From NCBI RefSeq assembly GCF_009914755.1, contig NC_060930.1: a stretch of 64,000 nucleotides of DNA, one strand, 5' to 3'. Positions 1 to 15,900 of the stretch are shown here, in pieces; position 1 is the stretch's first letter, and every line of letters starts with the position of its first letter. Source of the DNA: the human T2T-CHM13v2.0 reference genome, Homo sapiens. A program made the position numbers and the translations under genes. The notes beneath the pieces were generated by a model. That model worked only from the letters and a program-made list of their open reading frames with translations, searched no databases and was not told the DNA's origin.

Positions 1-85
1 TAATGATAGAGAAAAGAAGCATGAGTTATTATAAATTATTTCAAAAGTTACTGATAAAAAAGGAAGATTGAAGTAGTAGTTTGTG

Positions 86-457
86 TGTATTTGTCCATTC
101 TCACACTGCTATGAAGAATACCCAAGACTGGGTAAATTATAAAGGAAAAGGGTTTAATTGACTCACAGTTCTGCATGCCTGGGGAAGCCTCAGGAAACTC
201 ACAATCATGGTGGAAGGCAAAGGAGAAGCAGGTACCTTCTTCACAGGGTGACAGGACGGAGTGAGTTGAAGCAGGGGAAATGTCAGATGCTTATAAAACC
301 ATCAGATCTCATGAGAACTCACACTATCAGGAGAACAACATGGGGGAACTGCCCCCATGATTCAATTACTTTCACCTGGTCTTCTGGATCTGTGGAGATT
401 ATGGGGATTACAATTCAAGATGAGATTTGGGTGGGGACACAAAGCCTAACCGTATCA
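86..457 (-). mobile_element. MaLR solo LTR, THE1 family (THE1D-like)
   Basis: TG...CA termini; typical THE1 text (ttgactcacagttc...tcatggtggaaggcaaagg...gagatttgggtggggacac); near-perfect 5-bp TSD ttgtg/ttgta. Confidence 0.9.
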
Positions 458-579
458 TTGTAATTAGTCTTTGTCAAATAATTACAATTTTTAATAAGTA
501 ATGGAATATTTACATATATACATATTCTGTTTTAGTAGTTTTATCATGGATAGATACATATTTGTCTCTATGTCTGTAA

Positions 580-582
<3 letters not shown>

Positions 583-620
<38 letters not shown>
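583..620. repeat. (TA)n microsatellite
   Basis: Pure TA dinucleotide run. Confidence 0.95.
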
Positions 621-621
<1 letters not shown>

Positions 622-1339
622 CTATTAAAGAGTCCAAAAAAGATTAAAAATTGGAAAACAGAAAAGCTGTGGCCAAAATAAGTGGTACTAATCAGAACCA
701 GTATAGGAAATCATCCATATAGAAAATGAGTCTAATGGTGTGGCTCAGTAAGTGTTCCATGACAACGGCTGGTTGTGTGGCCTCAACTATTTAACTTCTG
801 AAATATAAACATCTGGATGACCTATTAACTGGAATGAGATGCACCTAAAACATAACTAATGTAAATGCACAAGGTACACACTGGGAAGAGACAGATGGAC
901 ATGGGAGTGAGAGATGGATAGTTAGGTTAGAACAATCCACTGATGTAACTTCACGTTCAGAAGCCCAGAACAATAAAGATTTACATGGATGTTAATCATC
1001 TTGAAGTTGTCTTCCAATAAATTGATTGTCCCAATCAATAGTCAGTCTATCATTAATCCAGAGAGTATAATGTTGACTGGGTTGAGAAAATGTCTTTTCC
1101 TTTTAGAGCTATTAATATTTCTCTAACCCAGGTAGTTATGTAAATAAATGTTCTGTAATTCTAAAACATAAAATAAGTATAAAATAATAAAATTAATTAA
1201 CAATTATCAATAATTAATAATGTAATTATTTGGCACTGTTTTAAATAAATGAATCATAATATATTTTAGAATCACTGAAAAATGCATGAAATTTTAAGAA
1301 AGTTAAGCAAAACCCAAAATTTATTAAAATATTTAGAGT

Positions 1340-1505
1340 AACCATTCTCAGTTTTAACTGCATGTTGGAATCATTTGGGAAAGTTGTGAAAATACTAATC
1401 CACAAAAAATTAAATAAGAATTTATGAGCTCAAGAATAGGGCTTTGGAATTTTTAAAAAAGATTTCTTGTATAATTCTATTGTGCAATCAGTATTTGACT
1501 ACGCT
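1340..1505. mobile_element. MER5-like hAT-Charlie DNA transposon relic
   Basis: Degenerate ttctcag...tgcatgttggaatcatttggga...ataattctattgtgcaatcag pattern. Confidence 0.5.
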
Positions 1506-1579
1506 TCCAAAAAATTTTTAAATATTGAATAGTGCTTGATGTATAAAATGTACGCTGTATAAGATTTATTTATGAGTTA

Positions 1580-1925
1580 TGTTCTTGCAAGTTCAGGCTG
1601 CTATTACAAAATTTCTTAGACTGGGTAACTCATAAACAATACATATTTATTGTTCATACTTGTGGAGGCCGGGAAGTCCAAGATTAAGGCACCAGCAGAT
1701 TTGATGTCTGGTAAGGGCCTCTTCCTCACAGATGTTGCCTTCTTTGTTCTCATGTGGTGAAAGGGGCAAACTAACTTTCTTGAGCCTCTTTTATAGAGCA
1801 CAAATCCCATTCTTGAGGATTCTGCCCTCAAAACCTAATCTCCACCTCAAGGTCCTACATCTTAATACTACTGGGAATAAAGTCCCATATAAATTTTCCA
1901 GGGACAAGAAATTTAGACCATAGCA
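1580..1925 (-). mobile_element. MaLR solo LTR (MLT1A/MST group)
   Basis: caggctgctattacaaaa...ggaagtccaagattaaggcaccagcagatttg...ends accatagca. Confidence 0.8.
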
Positions 1926-2880
1926 AATAGTAATATTAAATGTTGAAAAAGTTAATACATTAAACAAAGTACAAATTGTAGGGAATGTTACTCTCCATAC
2001 CCTGAAAGCACTTCAGGTGATTAAAAATCCGAGCCACATGCCCAGGACACAATTGGAAATCTACAAACCTTAATCGAAGGTGTCTACTGTCAAGATGTAA
2101 AGTCTTAAACTAAAATCATTAAATTTAATTTTTACAAGTCAAGTGAATCACATAACCTACCTGACATGGTGTGGTTTTTATATTAGATAGATAGGTAGGC
2201 AAGCAGATAGATAAGATAAACCGTGAATTATTCTACGTAAGACCTTAACTAACTGTGGTTAAAATTGGGTGACAGATGAAGAGTGGTAGCTGGATGAAGA
2301 GAGCTTCGAATGATAAAATTTTCACAACATTTACTTTGAGATTATTGTTGTATATGGAATTACGTGATTGGTTAATTTAAAAATGGTAATCTAATTTGGT
2401 CAGAAACCTGTTAACCTGATGTAATCATATTAAGGGCATAGAACATAATGAAACAGTTATGTGCACTTAAATGTGTGTTTCTGATTATGCGTGTGAATAT
2501 GTGTGTGTGTGTTGGGAAGACATAGGAAATTTTAGAACTCCTTTGAAGTATCTTGGCAAAATCTACAAAATGAGGAATTAGTGATAGTGAGAGCATTAAA
2601 GCAAGAGAAAAACCAAAGAAAAACCTAAGTATAAAAATAGTAATAGTAGTAACAGTAGCAATAACAACATTTACTGAAGAATTTCTATATTCTAGTCACT
2701 GAATGATGCATAAAGTGCTTTCAGAAATGAAATGTCCATGTTAGGACAACTAAGAGATTAAAGGTGACCAGAATCAGGGACAATTGCAAAGTATAATGTA
2801 CAATAATTCAAGAGACATGGACAGTAATAGAGTATAGTTACAGGAGCAAGATGCAGTTTTTCCAAGGAACCAAGAAGTAA

Positions 2881-2932
2881 GTGTGTGTGTGGGGGGGGGG
2901 GGGGTGTATGTGTGTGAGAGAGAGAGAGAGAG
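2881..2932. repeat. Compound (GT)n-G14-(GT)n-(GA)n microsatellite
   Basis: Seen directly. Confidence 0.9.
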
Positions 2933-4334
2933 AATCAACAAGATGCCAGAGATAGAAGTGAGATGTCCCCAGAAAAAAAAAAGGAAGAGAAATAAGTAAC
3001 TGTTTAATAATAAAAATACAGATGCTCATCAAGATATTTTATCTTCAAAACCCATGCCAAGTTAAGTAAGAAGATATTGTATGATATACACAATGTGTAC
3101 CTGGAATACAAACAAATTGACTTGAGGTAATCCTATTCTTGGATAGAAATAACTGTATATTGAACAAGATTATAAGTGTGCTGTGCTGCAAAAGATATTT
3201 TACCTTATAAGACGGATGTGTTAGAAGAATTACCAGGTGAGACTATATAATCTTGTGAAGTGAGTCATTAAACCAACATCAAGTACTTACCCCTTATAAA
3301 GCTCTGTGATTTTTGCACTGCTTTTATTAAAGGCAAAACATTTTGCAGAATTTGAATACAATTTTATATTATGGATGATAGCAGGAAAATAAATTATTCA
3401 AAGCAAATATTGGTGAGAAACTCTGGCTGCTTAAAGGTATCCTGTTTTCCCACTAGGTAATTTCAACTTTATTTGCCTTGTCTTTACGTAATATTTAACA
3501 AATGCATCATGGCTATTCTTAGTTGGTCAGTAATGTGTTTAATAAATTTCCAAGCAATTCAAGTAATATCTCACTATTTAAAAAGAGATGGGTTGTGTCA
3601 ATGGCACACATTTCTTAATAACAAATCTATCATTTGTCATATTGTGCCAAATCTAAGAACATTTATGAAAGACAAGAATCTTAATTCCTTAGCTTTTTGA
3701 CATGAAGTTCAAGACATTCAGAAGTGTTGCATAATGAGACTTTCAGAGTATATCATATTACCTTCCTATTTACCAAACCAAACAGAGGTTAAGATTATTC
3801 TGATTATTTAGAAAAGGTAAATGATTTCAGAAAACTGAAAGTTGTGTATACACATAGACAAACAGAAAGACACACACACAAAACAAACTAGCAATAAAGA
3901 TATATATTTAAACTAATCAAGATTAGCTTTTTAAATAATTACTCCTTAAAGCAAATAAGCCATGAAAATTTTTATTATTAATGGGTTCCCATCATAATGT
4001 GACAAGGCAATATTCTGAGAGCTATTTTTGCCATTAGTCTGAGTTGAGATTAGGGAGTGACAGATAGAATTTGCCTGTAATTTGGTTAGAATTTAGCAGA
4101 GATTTCTTTATCTATGGCTCATCAAGTGCTCCACAAAATCCTGGTTGTGTGAAGATGAGGGAAGGTACAATTTCTGATTGTAATTCAATGTCTCCACTAT
4201 CCAATCTGTCTACTTAGTTCTGAGAGCTTTAAAATGAGACATAGGAAAAAATGCCCCGTGTGTGTTAACTTCTTTTTCATCTCCCCAAGACATCATCAGA
4301 CACTCAACAGTTGCAGTGTCTATCAAAAGAACTT

Positions 4335-4840
4335 ATTCATGAACACAAAATATCTTTCCATTTATTTATGTCTTCAATTTTTTTCAATAATGTTTATAGT
4401 TTTCAATTTACAAGTCTTTCCTCTCTTCAGTTAAATTTATTCATATTTTTGATGGAATTGTAAATGGGATTGTTTTCTTGAATTCTTTTTCTGATACTCC
4501 AGTAGTAGTACACAGAAATGCAGCTGATTTTTATATGTTGATTTTGTATCCTGAAATTTTCTTGAGTTAATTTAGTTTTTCCAAAAGTTCGTAATGGGTT
4601 CTTTAGGGTTTTTAGGTTCTTTAGGGTTTTAGGTTTTTCATGTGTAAGATTACGTCATTTGTAAACAGGAGCAATTTAACTTCTTCCTTTCCAATCTGGA
4701 TGCTTTTTATTTCTTTGTCTTGCCTAATTGCTTTGGCTAGGAATTGCAATACTATGTGAATAGACGTAGTAAGTAGAGGGTATCCTTGACATGTTCCTAA
4801 TCATAGAGGAAAAGCTTCAATTTTTTACCATTTAGTATAA
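4335..4840 (-). mobile_element. Old L1M ORF2 fragment
   Basis: Antisense L1 ORF2 text (ttgtaaatgggattg...ttgattttgtatcctg...ttgcctaattgct...gaggaaaagcttc). Confidence 0.85.
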
Positions 4841-6179
4841 CACTCTTTGAAACATCTTTTATAAATGCACTACAGTGTGGTCACCACACTCATTCACTGA
4901 AATAACACTGATCAAACCATGGCTAACAAGAAGCACTCTTACAGACATCATTTATACATTTGCTTTTAAATATTTCACTGTATGTGTGGTGACCACATTC
5001 ATTCACTAAAGAAAAAAGAGCCAAAAATAATTAGTTCTTAAATCACAAGTTGTTAAAACATGATACAGTTTATATTACCAAGAAACTTTACCCTCCGGAT
5101 ATGGTATTATCTCTATTTAAGTAATTATGTGTGATACATACATCAGTAGAAACTAAAACTAGGAGAGTTGTAAAAGGATATTACAGAGTACCAGTTTAAT
5201 GCTAGCAGTGTCTTAATTAAGCTGAGTGGAAGTTTGAATGAGGAAAACCACAAAAGCTTTAATTATATGCATATTTTTGTAGCTCAGCAAAATTTCAAAT
5301 AAGAGAAGCACTTCTGAAATCCCAAATGTGTAGCAACTGATGATTATATAAAATCATTTTTATACACTATTAAGAAAGCCAGTGAACCATTAGCAGTAAT
5401 AAAATAATACACTGTATTAATAATAAAGCCTGTGATATGAATGTTAACAAAAAAGATTAATCCAATATCCCTTTGCACCACATTTTGTGAAATGTTGCTT
5501 GATAAAAAAATCAAATTTTGAAAATAATAACACCTCATTGTAATTGTAGTTTAAGACACTCGTTAAAATGTTTTTATGTAATCATTGTTCTTGTACATAG
5601 TTATATTTGACAGCAGATTTTTTTACTACAATTAAAAGATTATAGTACTTATTAATTCATTCTTAGGCTGTCATTCAAAAAAAATTCAAAGGTGCAATTC
5701 TTTGATTTTTTTCTTAATTTTTTAGTTGTATCTTTACTTCTGAATTGCAAGGTTAATTCTGGGGTTTGGGACCACACACATTTCTTTTAGCTTAAAGTAC
5801 ACTAAAATATTTGACCCAAAATGACAAATGCCCTGATTGAGCCTAAAACAGAGGATAAATAAGAGCATACTGTAGCTTTACTGGGAAATAAAAAATTTAG
5901 AGGATCTATTTTCATGTGTTTTGGGAAGGAAAGAAACATAAACTTTAGCCGTCAAAGTCCATCCTCTTGACTTGGGAGCAGAGAAGGACCACCATTATCT
6001 CTAAGAGGTTAAAAACAAGGGATAAAACAAAGATTGTTGAGATACTGATAGTTATTTTCAGTGTACTCATAAATGCAAGAAAGAAACATAAAAATGACAA
6101 TAACGATTCTTAAAAATGGTAAATATTCTACCAAAATTACATCAAGTTCTCTGACCTAATCACACACACACGGACACAC

Positions 6180-6378
6180 ACAGCGTGCTGAAGCTAGCTT
6201 GCATGGCTTGCTGGACCTAATTGTTAAATGCTTAGATATTTTGCCAACAGTTTGTTTAACTCTTGATAGCTTGAAATTGGCCTTGGTGGGAATATTTGCA
6301 CCACAGAAATTGTTAAATGCTAAAAATCAAATGTTTTTGTTTGTTTTTTAGTGATTAAATTTAACAATACATCATCAC
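6180..6378. mobile_element. MER63-like hAT DNA transposon (MITE)
   Basis: gtgctgaagctagcttgcatggcttgc...tagcttgaaattggccttggtgggaatatttgcaccacagaaatt resembles MER63A. Confidence 0.7.
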
Positions 6379-7339
6379 TTTTAGGGCTTTTATTTGCTTG
6401 GTTTTTTGTCCTTTACTTTCTGTTCTTTAATTTTTTGGTTTATTCCTTGGAGAGGCAAAAATTTGTACCGTTTCTCCTCCTACATCTTCACTTCTTGATG
6501 AAGACAAGGAGACTGTGTATATTGTCAATCATCCACTTCGTATCCCCTTTTAACAAAGAATACCGCAGATTAATCAATGGCACTTTAACTTTTGCCAATT
6601 ATGTAGACAAAAAGATAATAACTAGCAGCCATGCACAGAGAGGCACTAGCCACCAAGTGTCTTTTCTAATATGGCATAAGCTTTATGACAGATATAAAAT
6701 TTCAGAAAGGAACGAGAGGGAAATAATTTTTAAAGGCACAGGACTATTACTGCTCCCTATGCATTTAAAGGAAAAAAATACTAGGCTAAATATTAAGTAA
6801 GATCCAACTCCCTTTTCTCTTACGCCCTGCTTGGATTTACTTCTGCTCTAGTATCACTTGTAACAGACTCTGTAACAGCAGCAATTAATACGAACAGTTG
6901 GAATCCCAGTCACCTGACTTTGCACAGGAGAGATAATCAGTGTCAGACCGATGCAGACATGAGTTAAATGGTACATTTCCAATATTGGATGGGATTTGTA
7001 GTTCTTCAGTCAACTTCCTGAGATCATACTGACAGGGACAACAAGAAGGACGTAAAATAAAATAATCAGTTGATGTTCTTACAACTACTAATTGTTTCTA
7101 GAATCAATCAAATAATTTCAGAACAAACATCCTAATTGGCAATTCCAACGTGTCAGGTCTTCACTCTACCCAATATCTGTGCAACATTTGACATTGCTAT
7201 TTTATATTCATGCAATGAATGCTGCTTTATTTTGTGTTTACATATGTGTCCTTGGCCTTCGTTAAATAATATAGCTGACGAGTCTAGTATCATGTGTTGA
7301 ATACAATCAACAGTAAAGATATGTCTTCTCCTCGCTCCT

Positions 7340-8655
7340 CCAGCTCTTGGTAGTCCTGTTTACTTCCATGGCTTCAAACAACACCAGTAGGAGACTTTGG
7401 CTCCCTTTCTCCTGCTCCACCCTCTTTACTGAGCCCTAAACTCACAAAACCAACTGTCTTTTGATTACTCTGTCATTATCTTCCCTTGCAAACCAAAATC
7501 TAACTTCCTAAAAGTAAAATTATTATCCTCATCCCGTTAAAATTTCCATCCTCCAGCCTTCCCCATCTTAATGAATGTTATCATTTTCTTTCTTGTGATG
7601 AAAACAAAAAACCTCAAAGACAACTTTGATTATCTCACTTCCTCACTTGGAACTTCCCTTTTATATTTCAAATCAGTCTTTCTCAAATCTTTCAGTCTAC
7701 TCCTACTGCTATTAGAATATTTTTCAGCCCATCTTCTAAATAAGGGATATACAGAATAAATAAGACTACATAAATCAATCTTAGTTTTCTGGTATTCAGT
7801 TTGTTTCTCATCTGGGGCTATAGAGGCTAGTATGTATCTTCAGACACTCCCATAACACATGAAACAAAGAAATACATCTAAGTAATGTCAGTAATAGAGC
7901 CCCCAAACTGGCCAAATTTCAGCCTATTCCTACTATTACTGTCTTCTCTAGGCTCTCATACTTCTCTGGGATAATGTTAACAGCAGACTTCTAACTGCAT
8001 TTTCTTAATCGGATGTGTGTGTTTTTCTAATCCATCCCCACCCTGCCACCAGAATTGTATTTCCAGAATCCCCTCTAAATTCTTGAACTCATGCTCTCAA
8101 AAGTTTTCTGTAGTTCCTCACTACTAATGGAAGAAAGTCTTAGCAAGGCTTTCAGAGCATGCCGTATTCCATCTCAGCTGCATTTTTCAAAATTTCACAG
8201 TGACTCCAGTGACACCTCCTCTCTTCAGCTCCTTTCAGAGCACTTCTATTCTGAACCTTTGTTGATACTGTCTCTGCATCCTGGAATTCCATCTGTTTGA
8301 TCACCTACTGAAATCCATGCAATTTTTCAAAGTCCAGCCTCAAATAATTAGCTTAGTGAAACCAATCACACTTCGTTTTTAAGAATTATCCAGCATTTCT
8401 TTCTCTCAAGTTCTCTAGCCTATGCTTGGTAGTTTAGAACTCTGTCATTCTAATCATTTTTTAATTATTTTTCAGACTTCTATCACCTTTTGTTTCTGTA
8501 ATTATGTCAGCCATCCCAATGTGGTTTTCTTCTATCAAATTTGAAAGAAGAAAACAATTATTTCTTAATTTTTAATTTTCATGAAAATTAAACTCATTTC
8601 CTGGCAAAGTTCTTGACACACACGAGACACTTAATAAATTATACTTCAATAAATA
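7340..8655 (+). mobile_element. L2 LINE 3' region, interrupted at ~7712-7918 by a local inverted duplication
   Basis: Pyrimidine-rich L2 text on both sides of the insert; L2-type 3' end (cttgacacacac...cttaataaattatacttcaataaat). Confidence 0.65.
7718..7918 (-). repeat. Inverted copy of 8675-8873
   Basis: Reverse-complement alignment over ~200 bp, e.g. aatagagcccccaaactggccaaatt vs aatttggccagtttgggggctctatt. Confidence 0.95.
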
Positions 8656-8674
8656 TTTTGCATTTAGAACGAGT

Positions 8675-8873
8675 AATTTGGCCAGTTTGGGGGCTCTATT
8701 GCTGTCATGATTTAAATGAATTGTTTTGTTTCATGTTTTATGTGAGTGTCTGAAGATATACTCTAGTTTCTGCAGCCCCAGATGAGAAGCAAATTGAACA
8801 CCAAAAAAAGCAATTTTAATTTATGTAGTCTTATTTTTCTATAGCTCTTATTTAGAAGATGAGCTGAAAAATA
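8675..8873 (+). repeat. Probable donor arm of the 200-bp inverted repeat
   Basis: Reverse complement of 7718-7918. Confidence 0.95.
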
Positions 8874-9069
8874 CCCTCTCAAATCTGCTTTTTTCTTGGC
8901 AGATGATCTATTAGTGATAGAGTAGAGTTAAAATAATGCAGATAGGCTATAATATTATTATTGATTTTATTTTTTTATAAGCCTATGCCAGTTTTCTTTG
9001 AATGATCAAATAACATACCCAGTTTGTCTGGTTGAGAAGAGTAGAAAATTTCAAATACTCAATCTAATA

Positions 9070-9326
9070 TAATAATAGCAAGTACACACTGTAGTGTGCC
9101 AAACGCTATTCTACATACTTCTCATAAAATAACATGTTTAATTCTCAAAACACTCACACGTGGTAGATACTCTTAATATCCCCATTTTGCAGAGAATGGG
9201 ATTGAGGGATTTGATGATTAACTGACTTGTTCAAAACACAGGGCTTATCAGCATTTAGAACCAGGATAGAAACCCAGGCACACTGATCTATATTCCATGC
9301 TCTTTCGTGCTATGCTGTGCTGCCTT
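9070..9326 (-). mobile_element. MIR SINE
   Basis: MIR core atccccattttgcaga...attgagg...ttaactgacttgttcaaaacaca. Confidence 0.8.
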
Positions 9327-10009
9327 TCATTAATTGATTAGAGGCATGTGCAACAGTAAATACACAGAATCAAATACAGAGGGAACTGAATTGAGGTATT
9401 AAAAAGTTTAGTAGGGGGCAAATTAAAGAGTGATGAATTTTGACTGGATTGTCAGAAATCGACTCACAGATGAGATGGCCACTTAGGGAACTCACACATG
9501 AGTAGGGCTCTGATTCTTCACCAGCTTAAACGCAGATCGTGGACTTGTGGTTCTCACTATTCCTCATACACTTTATCCTGGATTCTAACAGCACCTTTTA
9601 TTTCCTTCTGCTTTTGCCATCTCACAGTATCATAGGCCCTTCCACACTTTTCCTGACTGCCTAACTATTGCAGTATATAATTACATCAATAATTATTAAG
9701 CACTATTTGGTGGCATATGTAAAAACATATATTTCTTTAACTTTATAACAAAATGCTATTTACCTAGCATTTCTGAACTCAGTGCATTATTAACTTATAA
9801 TAAAAACAAACCTAATATCATACTCTTATAGAGTTACATAGCAACCTTGACTTTCCTCAGAAATACTTTAAGCTTTACTACTCATGGGTTTGTGAACAAA
9901 TGTCAGCTTTTAATGAACATTGCTTCAACCCTAGAAATTATGAAATATTTTATTTTAGCTACATTAAGTAATAAGTAAGGATATTCAGGAAGTAATGATA
10001 TTCAGGTAA

Positions 10010-10049
10010 AACACACACACACACACACACACACGCACGCACACACACA
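10010..10049. repeat. (CA)n microsatellite
   Basis: Seen directly. Confidence 0.95.
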
Positions 10050-10384
10050 TGCATTTGCTAATTCATTTATTTTAGCCAGAATCTAAATAATCTTACCCTT
10101 CTTTTAATAAATCTTCCAAAGATTACTAACTCTTTCCCTTCTCTGGTTACTATTACACATCATTTGAGAGGTCTTTGACATTGGTGAGTACACATGTTTA
10201 AATGAGACGAGGACTGGCTTCCTGGAGAAAGGAGAGAAAAATAGAAATAAAAGTTATCGAAATCAGCTTATCTTTGAAAAATTGGTATTAAAAACTAAAA
10301 TTTGCCTATTTTACATTTTCCAGCATGCAAGGGACTAAAAAGAGTGTGTGAGATTTTGTGTGCATGTGAACAGAGGTGTGCATA

Positions 10385-10942
10385 GTGGTAACAGTTAATG
10401 ATGTGTGTCAACTAGACTGAGCCATAGGATACTCAGATAACTGGTTTACATTATTGCTGAGTGTGTTTATGAGGGTGTTTCCGAAAAAAAAAATAGCATT
10501 TAAATCAACACACCAAATAAAGCAGGTGGCTTTCCACAATGCAGGTAGGCACCATCAAATTCATTAAAGACCTAAGCAGAACAAAAAGCTGAGAGAGGTC
10601 AAACTCACTCTGCCTGACTCCTTGAGCTGAACATTGATCTTCTCCTGCCCACAACACTCCTGGTTCTCAGGATTTCAGACCTAGACTGGAATCTATACCA
10701 TTAGATCTCCATTTATCAGGCCTTCAATCTGCGTCACCAATTTTCCTGGACCCCTAGGTTTCATACTGTGAAGCTTCTCGGACTCCATAATTGCATGAGT
10801 TACTACTTTATAATAAATATCTTCCTGAGTATAGATATATCTATATATCTCCTGTAAGACAGCACCATAACTGTGGCAATTTGATACATATGCTTACAAT
10901 TCTATACATATTCTGTTTCTTTGGAGAGCTCTGACTAATGCA
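10385..10942 (+). mobile_element. ERVL solo LTR, MLT2 family (MLT2D-like)
   Basis: tgtgtcaactagactgagcc...gagggtgtttccg...ends ttctgtttctttggagagctctgactaatgca. Confidence 0.85.
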
Positions 10943-10952
10943 ATGGCTTTTT

Positions 10953-12708
<1,756 letters not shown>

Positions 12709-13159
12709 TCAGACTCCATTGACTTACATAGCTGTGCCTCAGGCCAAGACAAGACAGACCAATCAAAGATGACTTGAATCCTGAGATCTGAGGAAGAATA
12801 GAATCAAATAACAAGGATAATCATGGCACTTAGTACAGTTATAAGTGGTTCTATTAGAGTGCATTGATCTACCTTTGGGTACCCTTTTCAAAGGTAGCCA
12901 GTTATAAATCATCCTTCCAAAGCTTGCTTACAACTTAAAATTCGAATGACTGGGTAGAGGTTTTATGTAATGGGCAATGAGTTACACTTCAGAGCACAGG
13001 TCTTTGAAGTTTTTATATTAATGTGGTTAAGGTTTTACACTTTCAAATTCTCTGCATGTTCAATTTCTTTGCCAAATCTAGTTGTTATTTCTTTACATTA
13101 ACTAAAATAACTGTTAATATACATTCAGCTTTTATAATTTATTGAAATTTACTTTAACA

Positions 13160-13275
13160 TACAATATTTGATTAATCATCAAAACAATTCTATGAAGTAA
13201 CAAGGGCATGGTATTACTATTCAAAATGTTCTGGTGAGACTGAAACTCAGATTAATTAATTCATGTGAAATAACT
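13160..13275 (-). mobile_element. MIR fragment
   Basis: ttaatcatcaaaacaattctatgaagta...gagactgaaactcaga. Confidence 0.55.
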
Positions 13276-13666
13276 AGGCCAATATTTGACATCTTTGCTC
13301 TTTTTAATACTATGTTCTTTCCAACTTCGGTCTTTCCCTCAGCATTAATCTAAGCAATCATTCTACCTGTCCGGGACAACTTCATTTTCCATTCTGAATA
13401 CCTACCATATTAAAAAATTATAGCTTTCCTCAAACTTCAAATATATCCTCGTCTATCTTAGCAAAAGAACTGACTGTTAACTGCATAGGAAAAATAAATT
13501 AAGCGTCTCAGGCAAAAACATCTTCAATTTTCTATTGCATTATTTATTTATCCTCACATTCTCATGTCTTTTTACTTAAGTTGCAAAAGAAGTATATATC
13601 CTTCCGATTAGCTAATTATTCTGTCTGTGCTTCTAATCTTGTAGTATTTTGCCAATTGTTATTTTT

Positions 13667-13669
<3 letters not shown>

Positions 13670-13698
<29 letters not shown>
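13670..13698. repeat. (TG)n microsatellite
   Basis: Seen directly. Confidence 0.95.
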
Positions 13699-13702
<4 letters not shown>

Positions 13703-13712
13703 TATGTCTGTC

Positions 13713-14101
13713 TGTCATATTTTGAGTTTCCCAGGAAAAGACTTTGAAACTCTGGAAAATGTATTTAGGAAGTTTTTAAAGTCCTTCTCTGAGATTAATA
13801 TGTATGAAAAGTGAAGCAAGCAGGGTTAAAGAGTGGCAATGCAGTGGCCACAAAGCTTCAGCTTATTTTGTAGATACTCTAGAGTTGAGGTGGCCCTTCA
13901 AAGTTGTCTCAATTGAGGTAAGGGGCTAAATTTCTCCCCCTTATTAAACGATCATGGAATATGGGCTGCCCCCAAAATGAATGTATTCTTGGCAAGTAAA
14001 CTCCCTTCAGCCAACCACAAATTATGAAGAAAGACTCAGTTTTGAGTTTCAGCAGCCAACACTTTTGGTACCTGAGGGTACACCACAGTGTTTCCTATAC
14101 T
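13713..14101 (-). mobile_element. ERVL solo LTR (LTR33-like)
   Basis: tggcccttcaaagttgtctcaattgagg...tgggctgccccc...gactcag...cagcagccaacac. Confidence 0.65.
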
Positions 14102-14239
14102 CTCTCTACTCTCTGGATCCTTATTCCAATTCAAGTCACTCACATATCACAAAGAAAAACAGGGGAAGTTACCTCCATTTTTTTCTAAGTGTCATTCTAG
14201 TTGCAACACTTTCTCTGTTTTCTCAAATAGCTAATTTTA

Positions 14240-15847
<1,608 letters not shown>

Positions 15848-15900
15848 AAACAGCTAATTTTAAGCAAATAATTTTTTTGGCTCTTTTTCCCCTTCCCACT

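Noticed and set aside
6351-6800. 149-aa ORF with hydrophobic N-terminus
   Set aside because: GTG start; hydrophobicity comes from T-rich DNA at the end of a MER63; no family match recognised.
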